Assembly: GCA_003427395.1 (NCBI GenBank)
Contig: BFEA01000008.1
Coordinates: forward strand, 4,098,845 to 4,162,844
DNA: 64,000 nucleotides
Reading direction: 5' to 3'
Source: Chara braunii
Lineage: Eukaryota; Plantae; Charophyceae
Shown here: piece after piece, positions 38,349-52,065 of the stretch
How the letters are laid out: every line of letters starts with the position of its first letter
How positions within the stretch are numbered: position 1 is the stretch's first letter
Notes under the pieces: model-generated
What the model saw: the letters and a program-made list of their open reading frames with translations, nothing else
Database searches by the model: none
Told to the model about the DNA's origin: nothing
Translations under genes and position numbers: made by a program

Positions 38349-39098
38349 CTCCAGAGATCAAAGGCCACCTTGCCCCAGTTGGGGATATTGGCGTACGGTG
38401 GCCGCAAGTTGAGAAGCACGTGTTGCATAGCGGAAATGGAGGCAAATTAAAATTTAGAGTTAAGTAAATAAGCTGTCAGTGGGCACGAAGAACGGCTGAC
38501 CCATGCCCCTCCTAGAAGCTTAGGAGAAAATAGAATACTGTCACCGGGGCAAAAAAAGGGGTGAGCAATGGCCCCCCTAGAAGGGCAAATTCAAAAAGGT
38601 GACTGGGGGGGAAAGAAGGGGTGAGATGTTCCCCCAGAGGGACGAATTAATAACGGTCACTGGGCCAAAACTAGGGGTGACCTATGCTTCTAGAAACCCT
38701 GTGGGTCAGTAAGTGGCTGGTGGTGAACAAGATTCTCTCTACAACTACTAGAAGCCTAGAAAAAAGAAAAGCCCTGCGCGTCAAAAAAATACGAAGCAGC
38801 GCGGGCCTTCTTTGGGTTGGCAGTGCCAGCCATTGTCCTCCCGTAGGCTGACCCCTGAAACTTGCGGCTCCATGGACGGCGGATCCAACTTGAAGACAAA
38901 TGGCTGAGAAACGTACGGGTGTCCTAAAAGTAACTGGTCAAGTTCTTTTTTTTTTTTTTTTTTTTTTTGTAACTGGTCAAGTTGAATCTGTCTGCTCAGC
39001 AAAACTTTTGCTTCTCATCTCAGCAGCTGGCTTGATACCTTCTCCTCTTTTTTTTTTTGGCTTAAACCACCATTACTTTCTAAAGCTGTGCCCTTTAA

Positions 39099-39653
39099 AC
39101 CACCAGTGATTGGCCCAGCTATGGGCCGCGGAAAAAAATAGAGTAGAAACGTTTCTAGTTGGATGAATTTGGGCGCTCCTGTAGCGCTACGCGACTTTAG
39201 GAAGTACTGGGGGGTTAACAGGCTCAATGATCTGTACAATTCGATATGGGACGCTGGGCCCGGTTCCCAGCACGTGTTGCTCCCCACGAATAGACTGGAG
39301 CATTTGTTTTTAAAAAAAAAAAAGAAAAAAAGGAAACGTACGGTCCACTACAGGAGCGCACACATTCTACTCTGTTCTTTTCCACGGCGGATAGCTGGGC
39401 CAAGTACTGGTGGTTGACACTTCAAAGTTCATTTCATTTAGAAATTTGGGGCTGGCTTGATATCTATGCATGCAGTTGTTCCTCAGTCAGTCTGCTTAAA
39501 CCACCAGTGATTCCTAAAGTCGTGCCCGCTAACGCTACGCAATTTTAGGAAACGTACGGGGCCAGTACAGGAGCGCCCAAATTAATCCAACTAGAAACGT
39601 TTCTACTCTTTTTTTTTTTTCCGCGACCTATAGCTGGGCCAAGTACTGGTGGT
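39099..39653. mobile_element. TTAA-flanked TIR element cluster containing a retro-tail insertion
   Basis: TTAA|ACCACCAGT...ACTGGTGGT|TTAA with ~85-bp inverted arms; additional ends near 39415 and 39500; pseudoknot tail plus poly(A) at 39248-39331. Confidence 0.7.
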
Positions 39654-40641
39654 TTAAACCTCCAGGACATTTCCCTGCTATGAAATAGAATTTGCAGCAT
39701 GCAAGCTGCTGTGACCTGTGGGGCATCTTTTCCCAGGACATCTGCATGGATGTCCAGCGAAACGGTGCCCGGGCTGCCCGGGTACTTCCAGAGAGTTGCG
39801 TCAGCACACGCGGCGGAGAGACTTCGATTTTCTACCTGGGAATGGTTTAAGCATTTAAGTGAGTTAGGGTCAGATCCCAGCGGCAAAGAGCCTCAGGATT
39901 CGATTTGGAAGATGTGTCTGAATCTGGACGTGTCCCACACCGAGGTGCAGAAAAGTAGATCAATCACACTTTTTCCACAAACGCGTCCATATTCAGACAC
40001 TGACCTCTATCCTCTTTGCCAGTGGGTTCTCTCTCTTAGTCGAGCTAAAGATGGAAGTTCAAGTTCTCTGTTCAACTACCACTTGTTGATACCATACTCA
40101 GGGAGAGATCACACTTGCAAGGAGAGTGGCTTGAAGACCTGAATCTGGACATGTTTGTGGAGATGTGCAGATCCTTGCCATCACTCTGCTTTTCTGCATC
40201 TCAACATAAAACAGATCCACATTCAGGCACTTAGCCCAACTTTGTTTTCTAGTGTGATCTGGCCCTCATTAATATGACAAAGGGGATATTACCCCCCTTC
40301 TTTCTTTTTTGGGTTAACTAGGGCGCAGTCACAAAAGCAGTTTTTCTAAATGCATTTCAAACTGCGTTTTTTTTTTCTTTTTTTTTCTTAATATGACATC
40401 CATGACAGACAACTACCCGTCAGCCTCTAAGAGCGCCTGGTGGGTTGGAGTCTGCACGGTTTGATGGCTCCAAATCTATTGGTGGGGAACTGCACCTGTT
40501 GGAAAGCGGGTCCAACGTCCCAACCACAAATTGTAGTATCCTTAGGTTCCAAAATCATTGTTGACCCACAGACCTCTCACCCATGAGGGTGCCAGATAAT
40601 CAAATTACAACCTACTCTCTAAGTCCTGTACTGCCACACCT

Positions 40642-40642
<1 letters not shown>

Positions 40643-40686
<44 letters not shown>

Positions 40687-41712
40687 GAACAAAGCTCCAA
40701 TCTATTCGTGGGGAGCAGCACATGCTGGGAACCGGGCCCAGTGTCCCATATGGAAATTTACATGGAATTTTGAAAATTTGAGATACCGGGGCCATTACCC
40801 GGCTTTGACCAAGAAAAACTTGAGCCACTTAGAGAGTTACTGTGACGAAATTCAGAAATAGGAAAAAATCAAATCAGAAAACGACTCAACCCCCCCCCCT
40901 CAATCCTCTTTACCTCACTCCGGCAAGACTTACTACAGCAGAGCCACCATCTCCGCCGCTGCTATACCCTATTTCCATCCTACGAGCTAGCCCGCTCACA
41001 AGTAGGACGCTTGATATCCCACCATCTACTTCTCCCACTCACCTCTTTTTTGGGAAACAGAAACATATGCACAATTCAGAAAGAGACTCAGACACCACCA
41101 CTCAAACCCCTGTACCCGACTCCAGCAAGCCTTACTGCAGCAGAGCCACCATCTCCGCTGCTGCTGTACCGTATTCCCATCCTACCAGCTACTAGCCCTC
41201 TCACTAGTAGGACGCGTGATATCCCACCATCTCCTTCTCCCTCTTTTTTAAAGATACCGGGGCCATTACCCGGCTTTACCCGGCTTCGGCTGAGAATCAA
41301 TCTGAGAACTATTGAAGAAACTACCGTGGTGGTCCTACAAATGCTCAAACCCCTCGAAATCTCTAACTAATCCCTCCAAGGCTCTCCAACACTGTCTTAC
41401 TCCCTGCCGAGCTCTTCCAGGCCTCACGCTCCCACATCGTGCAGGGTTACAGGGCCACACAACTCACCCCAGCTCCGGCCAGCGTCGTCCCAGCAGCAAC
41501 CCTTGGTTGTCCCGTGGGATGCCCAGTGATTCCCCAGATCTCTCTACCAGGCCTCACGCTCCTGCTTCAGCAGGTTACAGGGCAACACCCCAGCACCGGC
41601 CAGCGTCGTTCTGGCATCGGACAACCGCAAGTCACTGAGTATAACAGCATCGAAAACCACCGAAGACGAGTTGCTAGGAGTCCCTAGAGCCCTAAAACAT
41701 TCTTAAGACCAC
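40643..41712 (-). mobile_element. Alu-domain-containing retroelement, interrupted
   Basis: Poly(T) 40643-40685, tail to ~40750; body 41253-41712 collinear with 23413-23552 plus 26250-26590; Alu-like units at 41428-41473 and 41558-41594; intervening ~200-bp tandem duplication. Confidence 0.7.
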
Positions 41713-44705
41713 CAAGGGGAGTAACACACAAAAAAAGGAAAGCAAAAAATCCAAACTGGAACCACCGACTTGCAGCCTTCCACTCAACTTTTGAGGAAAA
41801 CCAAAGGCCTCGTAATCAGTCCTCGATCCTACACACGGCTCGTCTCATACCCTCCTATGCTAGGTTTACAGGATGCCACCATGCCCCGGTACCGACCAGC
41901 CTAGCATAGACGATTGTGACGCGCAACCTCACGCCCTGCGCTGTTTTTCGTTCGGAGTGCCAAAGGTGCAGAAAGGGGCCCCGGAGAAACAGCAAGATGG
42001 GGTGTGCCAAGGACTTTTGGAAAATTGAGTGTGGGGACACAGACGGAACTAAAATCCCCCGTGTTGGTCTTATGAAGTGAGAGATCTGGTTGGCGGCGAC
42101 GCGGGTTTTGAGGCGACGCACTCGCGGGATATGTGACGCGAGGAAGTTTGAATTCAATCCAGAAAATATTGTCGGACCTCCCACCGAGTCACGACTCGTC
42201 GTTTGGAGTGGAAGGGAGCGGGCACGTGTTTAGTATCCCGCTTTCGCACTAGCTCCCGACGTCACACATTGCACAACTCTGAATCCGACGTGGACGGTCT
42301 TAATCGTGTGGCCCTTTCCTTGTGCTCATCCTCATTTTGTTCTCGGTAGTGGAACCCCTTCGATTGGTAGTGGTCGAATCGTTGGCAATCCCTACACAAG
42401 GTATTAGGCCAATGGGGCGCTACTGCCGACCACGGGATGACGATCAACTCGTTAAATGGTAATAGCGACGGGTACGGCGGAAAATGCGTATCAACGATGA
42501 CAAACCCAGAACACCGATTTTCGGGAGGGAAGTAGTATTGCGGCTATTGTCCACCGATCTTTGCGACTGCTTCTCGTATGTCTCACTCACAGATTCACGT
42601 CCTGTCCTCGTTATACGGGAAGGGGCGGAATGGGGCTACGGGAGGCTAGCGCCTAGTCGCGTTGAGCCCGTTAGTCCACATGGCAAACAATCAAGGATAT
42701 TTTAACCGTTCATCTCATGCATGCAATCTTAGCAATCTAATCACAAAGGCCAGAAAGGAGAAACATAGGGTTCGGAGAAAGAAAAACTCATGTGCGGCGA
42801 GACGCGGACGCCATTTCGTGCTCAGATCGTGTGTGGCGAAATGGCAATCGCATATGTACTCGCAACACTTCTTCGATAATCACAAATCAAAACATTCTCG
42901 CATTTCCAAATCCCAACTTCGTTGCCCCTGCCATCGACTCGTCCTAATCAAGATGGCATCCACCGTTAACAAGACAAACCCCGAGATCTGGGGACTACCC
43001 TGGAAACTAATGGAAGAGTTCCGGAAGAGAGCATTCCAATCACACGGCCATCAAACTCATTCCATCATGCACCAAATATGGACTTATTATCTAGAATCAT
43101 TCACATCACGGAAGAAGAGGAAGGAGGAATGAGACAGTGACAGATGGGGATATCAATATTGGAGGGAAGAGTTACACTGAGATAGGGAAAGGAAAAAGAA
43201 GGTCCAGCTTTACCGCTGCAAATTCACACCAAAGAATAGAGTCGCAACCAAGAGGGTGCACGTGCCATCAAATTCCAACATGGCCCCGGGCCAGTCATCC
43301 ACTCAACTCAGATCACCTATCCGCCTTCTGACACTGACGATCCCGACCGTCTCATATCATCCTCCAACACTGCGATCGTCACCCCGCCGACTTAGTCTCG
43401 ACGTGGCTTGTCTGGATCCCACAATCCGTCGTGGCGATCTAGCGCACCGCCAGCCAGCCTATAGTCAGCTCGTCAGGACTTTCCGACTTGCATCATACAC
43501 ATCACCTAGCCACTACTTCCCGGAAGCTGGCCGATGAGTTGAGAGAGAGTTTTGCGGGGGCGCCGCAAAATTTATAGCTGCGAGAAGAGAGAGAGACGCG
43601 GAGAAAGGCGAAGGGTGAGGCAGAGGAGGGTATAGGAGAATTTGGGAGTGACCGCCCATCGAAAGCCTTGTTGATTCCTCCTAACTCCACGTCAGCCAAT
43701 CAGAATCGTCGCGCAATAAGAACTTACACGACACTTCTTCTTTGCTAGATGGGGAGAGAGGATCGACTAGGTTTTCGAGCGTGGATCTGAGAGCGGGAAG
43801 AAGAGCGCGAAGGATAGCACAAAATGGGTTCAAGATTCAAATGATGAAGAAGGAGAAAAAGGGTGCGCGCTGAGAAGGAGAGGGAAAAGCAGTTACAGGG
43901 GGAGGGGGCAAGAAGGCGTGTGCGTGCGAAGAAGGACGGTGAGAGGAGGGCGGTGAGGAAGGAGGAGGGAACTTGCTTGCATGGCGCCGATCGGCAAAAG
44001 GGGAATGGGCACCAAGACACTTGCAGTCTTTTCCAATCCTATGCTAATTCAAAAATTGAAAGTACCATATTCGCGCACAAAACAGGCGCGGGAAAGAAAG
44101 TCTTCCGTCCATCCATATTCCTACAAGAATTCCCAGTGTTTTTAAGGTCGAGGCCGATAACATTTGCGCGCGGAAGGTCGCGCGACATTCCGATAGTTCC
44201 GGGATTTCTAATTGTCGAGCCAAACTCCAAGCGCATTCGCTAAGGCGCGCGAAATTCCCATGCATTTTCAATCAAAAACAAAAAGGAAAGGAACTAACAG
44301 ATTCTCGCAAGGTACCTCTAATCGGGCACAGACAGGGGGGGGGGAGGAAATCCCAAGGTCGAACTGTACACATCTGGATGCAGAGAAAACACGGGAAAAA
44401 AGGAAGGGGTCCAAAAGATGGCGCAGGTCCGGAAGCTAGTACGTCACACGGTAGGGAGTGTCTTCCTCCCTCGACATCTCCCATCAGCCGCACGCCCCTG
44501 ATAGTGACAGGGATAAAACCCCGACAACGGCTACGTCGAACGGGCTGGTTCACCGATTTCCTAATGGGTCATTTTAGAACCATTGATAGGTGAGCCACAA
44601 CACTAGATTCTAACAGCTGTGTTAATTTGCGGGCGGGAGGAATTCAAAGGGAAAACACTCAAAAGTAGGTATTTCTTAGGGGAGACTGAGGCAACCAATA
44701 CCCCT

Positions 44706-45189
44706 TCAGTGGGGCCTAGGGCCCATCAGCCACAACTCTAGTGCAATTCCCTTTATAGTCAATTTTAACATCCGTACTCTTAGGCCCCGTGTTCTAAAGG
44801 AGCTCCTGGCGGACATTCCTTGCATAGCTCTTGCTGTTTTTCTGCAGTCTGCCCAGATAAAGGACTGAACATTAGTAAGGACCATTTTCATTATCCTGAG
44901 ATTCAAATGAAACTTTGTGTGGAAGAGTCTTTCATTGCGTAGCTTCCAGAATCTGATTATGTCCATGATGGCGACCCTGCACGCTGAGGCCACATAAGTC
45001 TAGCCTTTACCCACCTCTTTCTCATTACACAGGACCCCATCCACCACAAAGCTTTCTTCCCACTGTATGTCTTCCTCCGCATGTTTGGCCCACAACCTAG
45101 CCCACCACTGCCAAATCCGTTTGGATTTTATGCACTCCAAGCACAGGTGGGTGGCGGTCTCTGCTCCCTTTTTGCACCGGCAACATAAC
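44706..45189 (-). pseudogene. L1 ORF2 C-terminal (zf-RVT) remnant
   Basis: CCRCKKGAETATHLCLECIKSKRIWQWW...FWKLRNERLF. Confidence 0.75.
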
Positions 45190-48100
45190 TTTTTTTTTTT
45201 TTTTTTTTTTTTTTTCAACACCTCCTGTAATGCTAGTGGTGCTGATAAGAGCAGATGCCACTAGCACTCGAGGGTCTCCATCTATTGGTGGGGAGCATCA
45301 CTTGCTGGAAAACGGGTTCAGCGTCCCATTACAGGAAACAAAACTGAATGAATACAGTCTGGATCAAGAGGAGATAACTGTGAACCCTGCCAGCATTGAT
45401 TACTCTGGCATTCCAGAGGATTGACTGTGCAGGTTGCTAAGGGAGGGGAGGAGACCTCTTCACCCTAGTTCCAGGCGCCGGATACCTATTGCTAAAAAAC
45501 CAGTTCCTCCCTCTTTCGGGACCCTACTCAGGTAGGCACAAAAGGGGGGCTGGTAGGTGGCAGTTGGAAAGAAGCAGGTGGGGGCCCTTGCTCCGGGGGG
45601 CGACCAACAGTAGGGCCCCCATATGCCATTTTCATTGTCCAGCTATCGGACTCCTCTCCTGTCCATGTTGAATGGGTCATCTCTATTCTCTACCCCCTAC
45701 CATACCAGCTTAACTCCATAAATGTGTGATCACGAAGGGGGAAGAGGTCTGGGAAATGTGTGGGATAGGGGAAGGGAATATCGTCAGGGATCGTGATCCA
45801 ATCGTTAAAACAGAGTCAATAATTTTTCTGCTTGGCCTCCAACCGATCATCGTTGTCCAGGTGTCGGCCATCCCATTGGACCCTTGCCATCTCCACGTTC
45901 CCCTCTCAGCCAATCCATGCAGAAATCGTTTAGGTAACGAGTGATGTCAGTCTTTTTAGAGAGGGGCTTTGTTGCTTGTACTAGTCTTGCCCATCAAGCC
46001 CTGATTATTGTCTCGATTATGTCTTTGATCGCCTCTGTCATCTCGCCCTTCTCCATATGTGCACCCTCGATGGTCAATATGTAACGGCGCCTCCAGATGG
46101 CGCACAACACCGCTTTCCTATCAATCGAAAACAGGTTAGAGGTAAAAACCGAACCTTGGGCCGTCCAATATCCACAGAGGAGGGCTCTCCACTCCCATGG
46201 CCAGTCGGTGTCAGTTTCGAGGGTTGCCCAGATTCATGTCCACCATCTTTAGAGAAGCGTTGAATCGACAACATGTTTCTTCAACTGACATGTTTTTAGT
46301 AGCTGGTTGCTAGCCATTTGGTTGTAGGGACCACTCGATGGGATTGCAACTGTGACAAACTACTGAATTTGGTCGAGAAAATTTTCCTCAGGTTTTTCTA
46401 GAGTTTTCTCAAGGTAGTGGTCATAACATTCATAAGGCTTGTAGGCTGCTGTCTCTCCACCTGTTCCATTGTCGATCTATTCTTAACTTCCAAGGGGATG
46501 GAGCATGACCTCACCTGATATTGGTAGCCCACCTTAGGCCTGTAACAAAAAAGTGAGATATCTTGAACCGGGTCTGAGATCTGTCATCCCCAATGGAGAG
46601 GGAGGGCTTTAAGCTTATGAGCATGGGTAGGACCCACTGGACACAGTATCTCAAACTGACCCTTAACCCTTTCCCAGATACACGTGACAATAGAGGCCGT
46701 GAAAAAGTCGAGCACAACAATATCTTCCTCGTGAGGTTGTAAAAACCATGCCTTTCCCTCTCTTTCCGGTACCAATGTACCAGACACCGCAACTGGCTCA
46801 TTAGCATTAATAGGTTGTTGGATTTTCCAAAATTCCACTGATCCCTCCCCATCCATTTTACGGACCCACTTTCCCTCGTACGCTTGGAGTGGGTCTGACA
46901 AAATGCGTTTCCAAGATGGTGGTATACTCTCTATCACCTTGTTAACTCTGTTTGTCACATATGTAAGTAATGTAGTTTAGACTTAAGTCCCTCCGGTGAT
47001 CTCCGCTGCAGAATGTCCGAGTTCCATAAATCAACCACTCGAGAGAACCCCTATTGAGTCCAACCCTGCCCGAAATGGCCAGGAGCATCCGCTGCTGACC
47101 AAGGAAGGACCATCTCGTCCACAATCATTATGTTCTCAAAGATATGTTGGCCGAGGATTCCCTCCCTAGTCTCAGGATCCTTGATCTGAGAAGGCATCAC
47201 TTTCAGCCATGCAGTTAGGATGTCTTTTCAAATTAGAGATTTAACTGAAGCCCTTATGAAAAAGGGGGTCAACAGGGCAACCCACACATCATCTGGTCTA
47301 GAAAGACCCCAATCTTTTTTCAAAATGTTAATTGCCAGGTCCACCCAAGGGTGTTGCACCTAAGTGGTTAGCATCTGCACAATCCAGCGGGCCAACAAGG
47401 CATTCACTTGACACATTGGGACAATGGTGCCTAAACCCCCCTCGTTAGGAGAGCCTATTACTTTCCTTCATGCAACCTTTGCTATGTATCCGAAATCTTC
47501 ATCATCAGAGTCTTTCCACAAGTATCGTGTGGCAAATGACCTAATCCTATTGCACACTCATTTTTCCAGAGATCTTATAGAGCCCGGATACCAAATGGAA
47601 GAAAAGACCAAGATGTTAAGAAACAAAGTTATCGCGAGAATGAATGTTCCCTTGATTGAAGCCACCTTGTCAATCTTAGGCGCTACATTCCTCTCAATGA
47701 CGACATTCACTTGCTTTTTGTTATCTAGCATACCCACCCGCACATCAAAAATCTCTCACAATCCCCCACCGGGAGACATTTAAGCCCAAGTTCAATCTGT
47801 ATATGGGACGCTGGACCTGTTTTCCAGCAGGTGATGCTCCCTACCAATAGATGGAGCCTCTCCCCAGGTGCTAGCGGTGTCTAGTCTTATCAGCATCACT
47901 AACATTGGTGAGGGTGTTCTTAATAAATTAAAAAAAAAAAGAAAAAAAAAAAAAAGTCCATTATTAGTCTAGCGTTTTGCCTTATAATATCAACCGATTT
48001 GGGCCAATTAACAAAAGTTTCGAAGAATTTAGAGTATAGGTCTAGACACTCTTTGAGCGCCCCTAAGGAAGCTTTAGTATTAACCGATAGGGCAAATAGA

Positions 48101-49900
48101 TCGTCGGTTATGGATGAGGCCTTACACTGTTTCCCCTCAGGTAAAACAAGACCTTGAATCTGGAGGTGTTTCCTTATCATGGCAAGTAAAACTTTCATCT
48201 GTAAACAAACAACATTGGGGCTAAGGGGTAGTCTTGCCTAAGAGAACACAAAAGCGGACAAGACTCAGATAATTCTTCATTAACCATCACTCTACCCACT
48301 CCCTTGGTATAAAGAGTCCGCATCCAGCAACAAAAAAACTCTAAAAAACCTGCCCTTTCCAATGTATCCAACATAAATTGTCAGTTGACTCTGTCATAGG
48401 TTTTTTTCAGGTCAAGCAAAAGTGTCACTACTTCAGGTTGATCGTACTGCATCGTCTGTAGTGCCTCTATGGTCAATATGATATTATTCACAATATTCCT
48501 GCCCTAAACAAACCCTGCTTATTTTATTCCTACTAAGCCAGACAAATATTGTTTTAATCTTATCATTAACGTTTTAGCTAGGAATTTGTACGATGTGTTC
48601 AGTAAAGTTCCATATATTTCTTTTGTTTCTCTTTTTGTATAGCAACGAGATAACCCCCATCCTCATCTCGTACCCCAGATCCTGACCCTCAAGTACCTTA
48701 TTAAGAATAAGAACAAGCTTCGGGGTGAGAATTTCCCAAAACTTCCTATAGTATTCCGCATGTAAGCCATCGCTGCCTGGGCATTTCCCTTTCTTCATTG
48801 CTTTCAAAGTCTCCGTCAGTTCTTCTATTGTGATGGGGCAGTCTAGGTATAGCCGACCTTGTACTAGGGGTAGGTGTGTGTCAAAAGAGCGCCACAATTC
48901 TTCCTGTAAGGGGTCATCCTCCGGGTCTTGTAAGGTTATCCATAAATTATAGTCATGCATACTATAGGATATCTTTGGTGTCTCTGGCCTTAGGCTCAAA
49001 CACATTAAAAGGATGGTCCAGTTCAATGACAGTAGAAAATCCTTTGTGAGCCGACAAACGCTTAAAGTTCTCCTTAGACATACGATCCCCAACGACCATC
49101 CATTTAATTCTTGCCCTGTTAGCCCATACCTTTTTTTTTTCAATTTGAATTTTCTCAAGTTTGTCTTTCCAAAGACTCCTGTCATCCAAAAGGCATCAAA
49201 ATTAGGGTTTGAACCCTAGTTAGCTTCTGCCCAGTCGATTTGCTGGACATATTCATCTTCTGCCTTGTGGTGGTTAGACGCCTTTATTCTGGAAGCAAAA
49301 TTTAAAGTGTCGGCGGTCAATCGATTGGCGGCTTCCAAACAACCATTTTTTGATTCATAATAATGCCTTATTGATTGTAGTCTGACCAAGGCCTTACAAA
49401 TCAAGGACACAAGATCCTTGTCTTGAAGAACCTCAATGTTGAGGTTGTAGTATCATTTCCCCCTGAGAATATGACTATCAGGGATGAATGTCACTAGGAC
49501 CGGCCTAGGGTATGAGAGGGTAAAGGCATGAAGGCTTCCATGTTTTATTCGGTCGGGCGACCTCCGAGGAGAAACAAATCCAATCTAAGCTTGATGTTCG
49601 AGTTGTCTTGCCTAAAGGTGTTAGAAACCCAAGTAAATTTCCTCAAGGAGGGGTGTAACTGCCTGAAAGGATCAATCAAATTCAGTCCCTCTATGAGATT
49701 ACCCAAAGCAATTGCATCATTTCTGATGGGATCCACCGCCGAGGAATCTAGGGTGGGGTTCCCTATTGTGTTCCAATCCCCCATACTACCAAGTTATTAG
49801 ACTGTGGTATGACATTAGGAAGGACCTGAAGGTTGTATAATATAGGAGGTTGTCCCTGCTGCTGCTTGAACTCGTCATTGTCTGCGCAGGGCTTGTATGC
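45190..49900 (-). mobile_element. Decayed L1-clade LINE (endonuclease, RT, C-terminus, 3'UTR, tail, poly(A))
   Basis: Endonuclease GDWN...LIDPFRQLHP...RLDLFL (49545-49784); GKCPGSDGL...GVISLLYKK (48574-49185); ITDDL near 48100; tail 45216-45328; many stops and frameshifts. Confidence 0.85.
47790..47955 (+). mobile_element. L1 tail insertion nested antisense in the LINE
   Basis: Three-stem tail followed by an A-rich tract at 47930-47955. Confidence 0.75.
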
Positions 49901-50299
49901 TATGTTTGCACAGGGGCAATCCTAAGGAGATAGGAGAGAGGTGGGGGAGGATGGCTCTGGTGCTGTTGGGAGTGGTGGGGGTGTTTCGGGCGGGGGCTCT
50001 TCTGATAATGAGGGTGTGTGGGTGACATTGGTCGTTGTATTGGGTGTGGACGATGGTAGCGGGGGTAAGGGGGNGGGGGGGGGCAAGGGTATTTGTGGTG
50101 GGGTTCCCTCCGGTAGAGGGGGTGGAGCTGATGGTGATGGTCGTGAAGGGGGACAAGGAGTTTGTGGCGGAGATCCTTCCGGTGGCGATGGGGGTGTAGG
50201 CGGGGGCAGAGGGGTAAACGGGGGAGGGGTGTCCAAGAACGGTGGATTTAGGTGTTGTGTTGTGTGGCGTGGGCTCCCCCTCGAATCCAGTTGGACACA

Positions 50300-51450
50300 T
50301 TGAGGTGAGGGGGCTACCAGAACTGACTGTCCTGTTGATTGTCGGTGGAATGCAGGTAGCGCTTTCCAATGCCATCGGCGTTCCTCCATCCACCAAGGCT
50401 TCCACATGAGGTTCCGGTTCCCATCGAACTCCGCAATCTTCCGGTTTGGATCTAGCCACTCCTGTTCGAAGGCGCTGATGAGTTCAACAATTTTGGTTTG
50501 ATTAATAGCAGACGTGAGTTTCTCCTTTAGGCTTCTCCAGACTTTTTGTATGTTGATTCTTATTGTTTCAACCACGTGTTGTATTATTTGGATGTAGTCG
50601 AAGAAGTGTTCTTTCCTTTCATGGGAACAACGAGCCCGCCAAATTACCATTAATACTTCCAGCCTTGTGAATTTTAAGAAGTTGGATTGGAAGAGCGACC
50701 ATGCGGCCGTGGAGGTTGGGGGCTGGTCCAACAGAAGTACCGTCGGGGCCCAGGGCAGGTCACTATGTGTGACTCGGAGGTATTTCCATGTTGCCGCCCA
50801 CCAACGCTAGATCTGGTTTTCCATTTGGCAATCCAACTGGCAGTGTTCAAGGTCTGCTATTTGTTTTTGGAATGAGACACCGCAATAGGAACATAGGGGC
50901 GACAGGATGCCTTTTTATTCCAGACGGATCTTGAGACCACCCAATCAGGGATTGGCAAACAACGATATATGATTTGCCATTGGGGTGCTCGTTGTGATAT
51001 GGGCATCAGACCGGAGTAGTGGGACCACCTGAAGTTTTGTAGATCATTTTCTTTCAGTATAGAGTCATGCCGCCACCTGTCTTTTATGATGTTAGTTGTG
51101 TCGGTGGTCTTATGGGTCTTCCTATAACACTCTTTGACCGCGTATTTCCAGATCGGCAGCAGCCTAGCTCCTCCCCATTGCCACTCTTCGGGATCGAATG
51201 GTAGTGAGCAGATTGGGTTAGCGGCTTCATAGGCCCACCAACCATCTTCCTCATTACCCAACACACGTACTTTTATGAGGCCCGACCAAGGTTGTTGTTT
51301 GTCCAAGCGCTCGTTTCTCGTCAGACTTGTCATTTTGGCCCCTGCGAGCGTCAAACCCTATGCTTCCAGTGTTGTAAGATTGTCCAGGCAGCTGGTTACT
51401 CGGTAGAGGGCCATTAGGACCGGTAGGGAAGATAACGCCCCCTACCCTCA
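50300..51450 (-). pseudogene. L1 ORF2 C-terminal remnant
   Basis: QWQIIYRCLPIPDW...KASCR and VIWRARC motifs; followed by a C-rich low-complexity tract. Confidence 0.7.
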
Positions 51451-51679
51451 CGTCCTACCAATAAGCTAGCTGCGTTTTTTTTGCGTTGTAGTCAGTTCAA
51501 CGCCTTTTTTTTTCATTGATACTCGCTGTTTCCGTTGCTGTTACCAGCGAATGCTGACGGTTGCGGTATCAGCAATCCGTTATTCACGGTTCTTTTCATA
51601 GAAAGATGTACCCCATCCGCGACATTCTGGTTCACGAAATAGAGATCCCTTGGAACTCGACTTTTTCACTGAACGCTCG

Positions 51680-51765
<86 letters not shown>

Positions 51766-52065
51766 NNNNNNNNNNNNNNNNNNNNNNNNNNNNNNNNNNN
51801 NNNNNNNNNNNNNNNNNNNNNNNNNNNNNNNNNNNNNNNNNNNNNNNNNNNNNNNNNNNNNNNNNNNNNNNNNNNNNNNNNNNNNNNNNNNNNNNNNNNN
51901 NNNNNNNNNNNNNNNNNNNNNNNNNNNNNNNNNNNNNNNNNNNNNNNNNNNNNNNNNNNNNNNNNNNNNNNNNNNNNNNNNNNNNNNNNNNNNNNNNNNN
52001 NNNNNNNNNNNNNNNNNNNNNNNNNNNNNNNNNNNNNNNNNNNNNNNNNNNNNNNNNNNNNNNNN

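Noticed and set aside
45241-45262. CTGATAAGAG resembling a hammerhead CUGANGA core (also 17839)
   Set aside because: Not a true CUGANGA, antisense to the element, and lies in the loop of tail hairpin 3 with no properly placed GAAA or third stem.
49920-50300. Proline-rich extensin-like ORF end
   Set aside because: Read-through of an L1 C-terminal remnant into C-rich low-complexity sequence.
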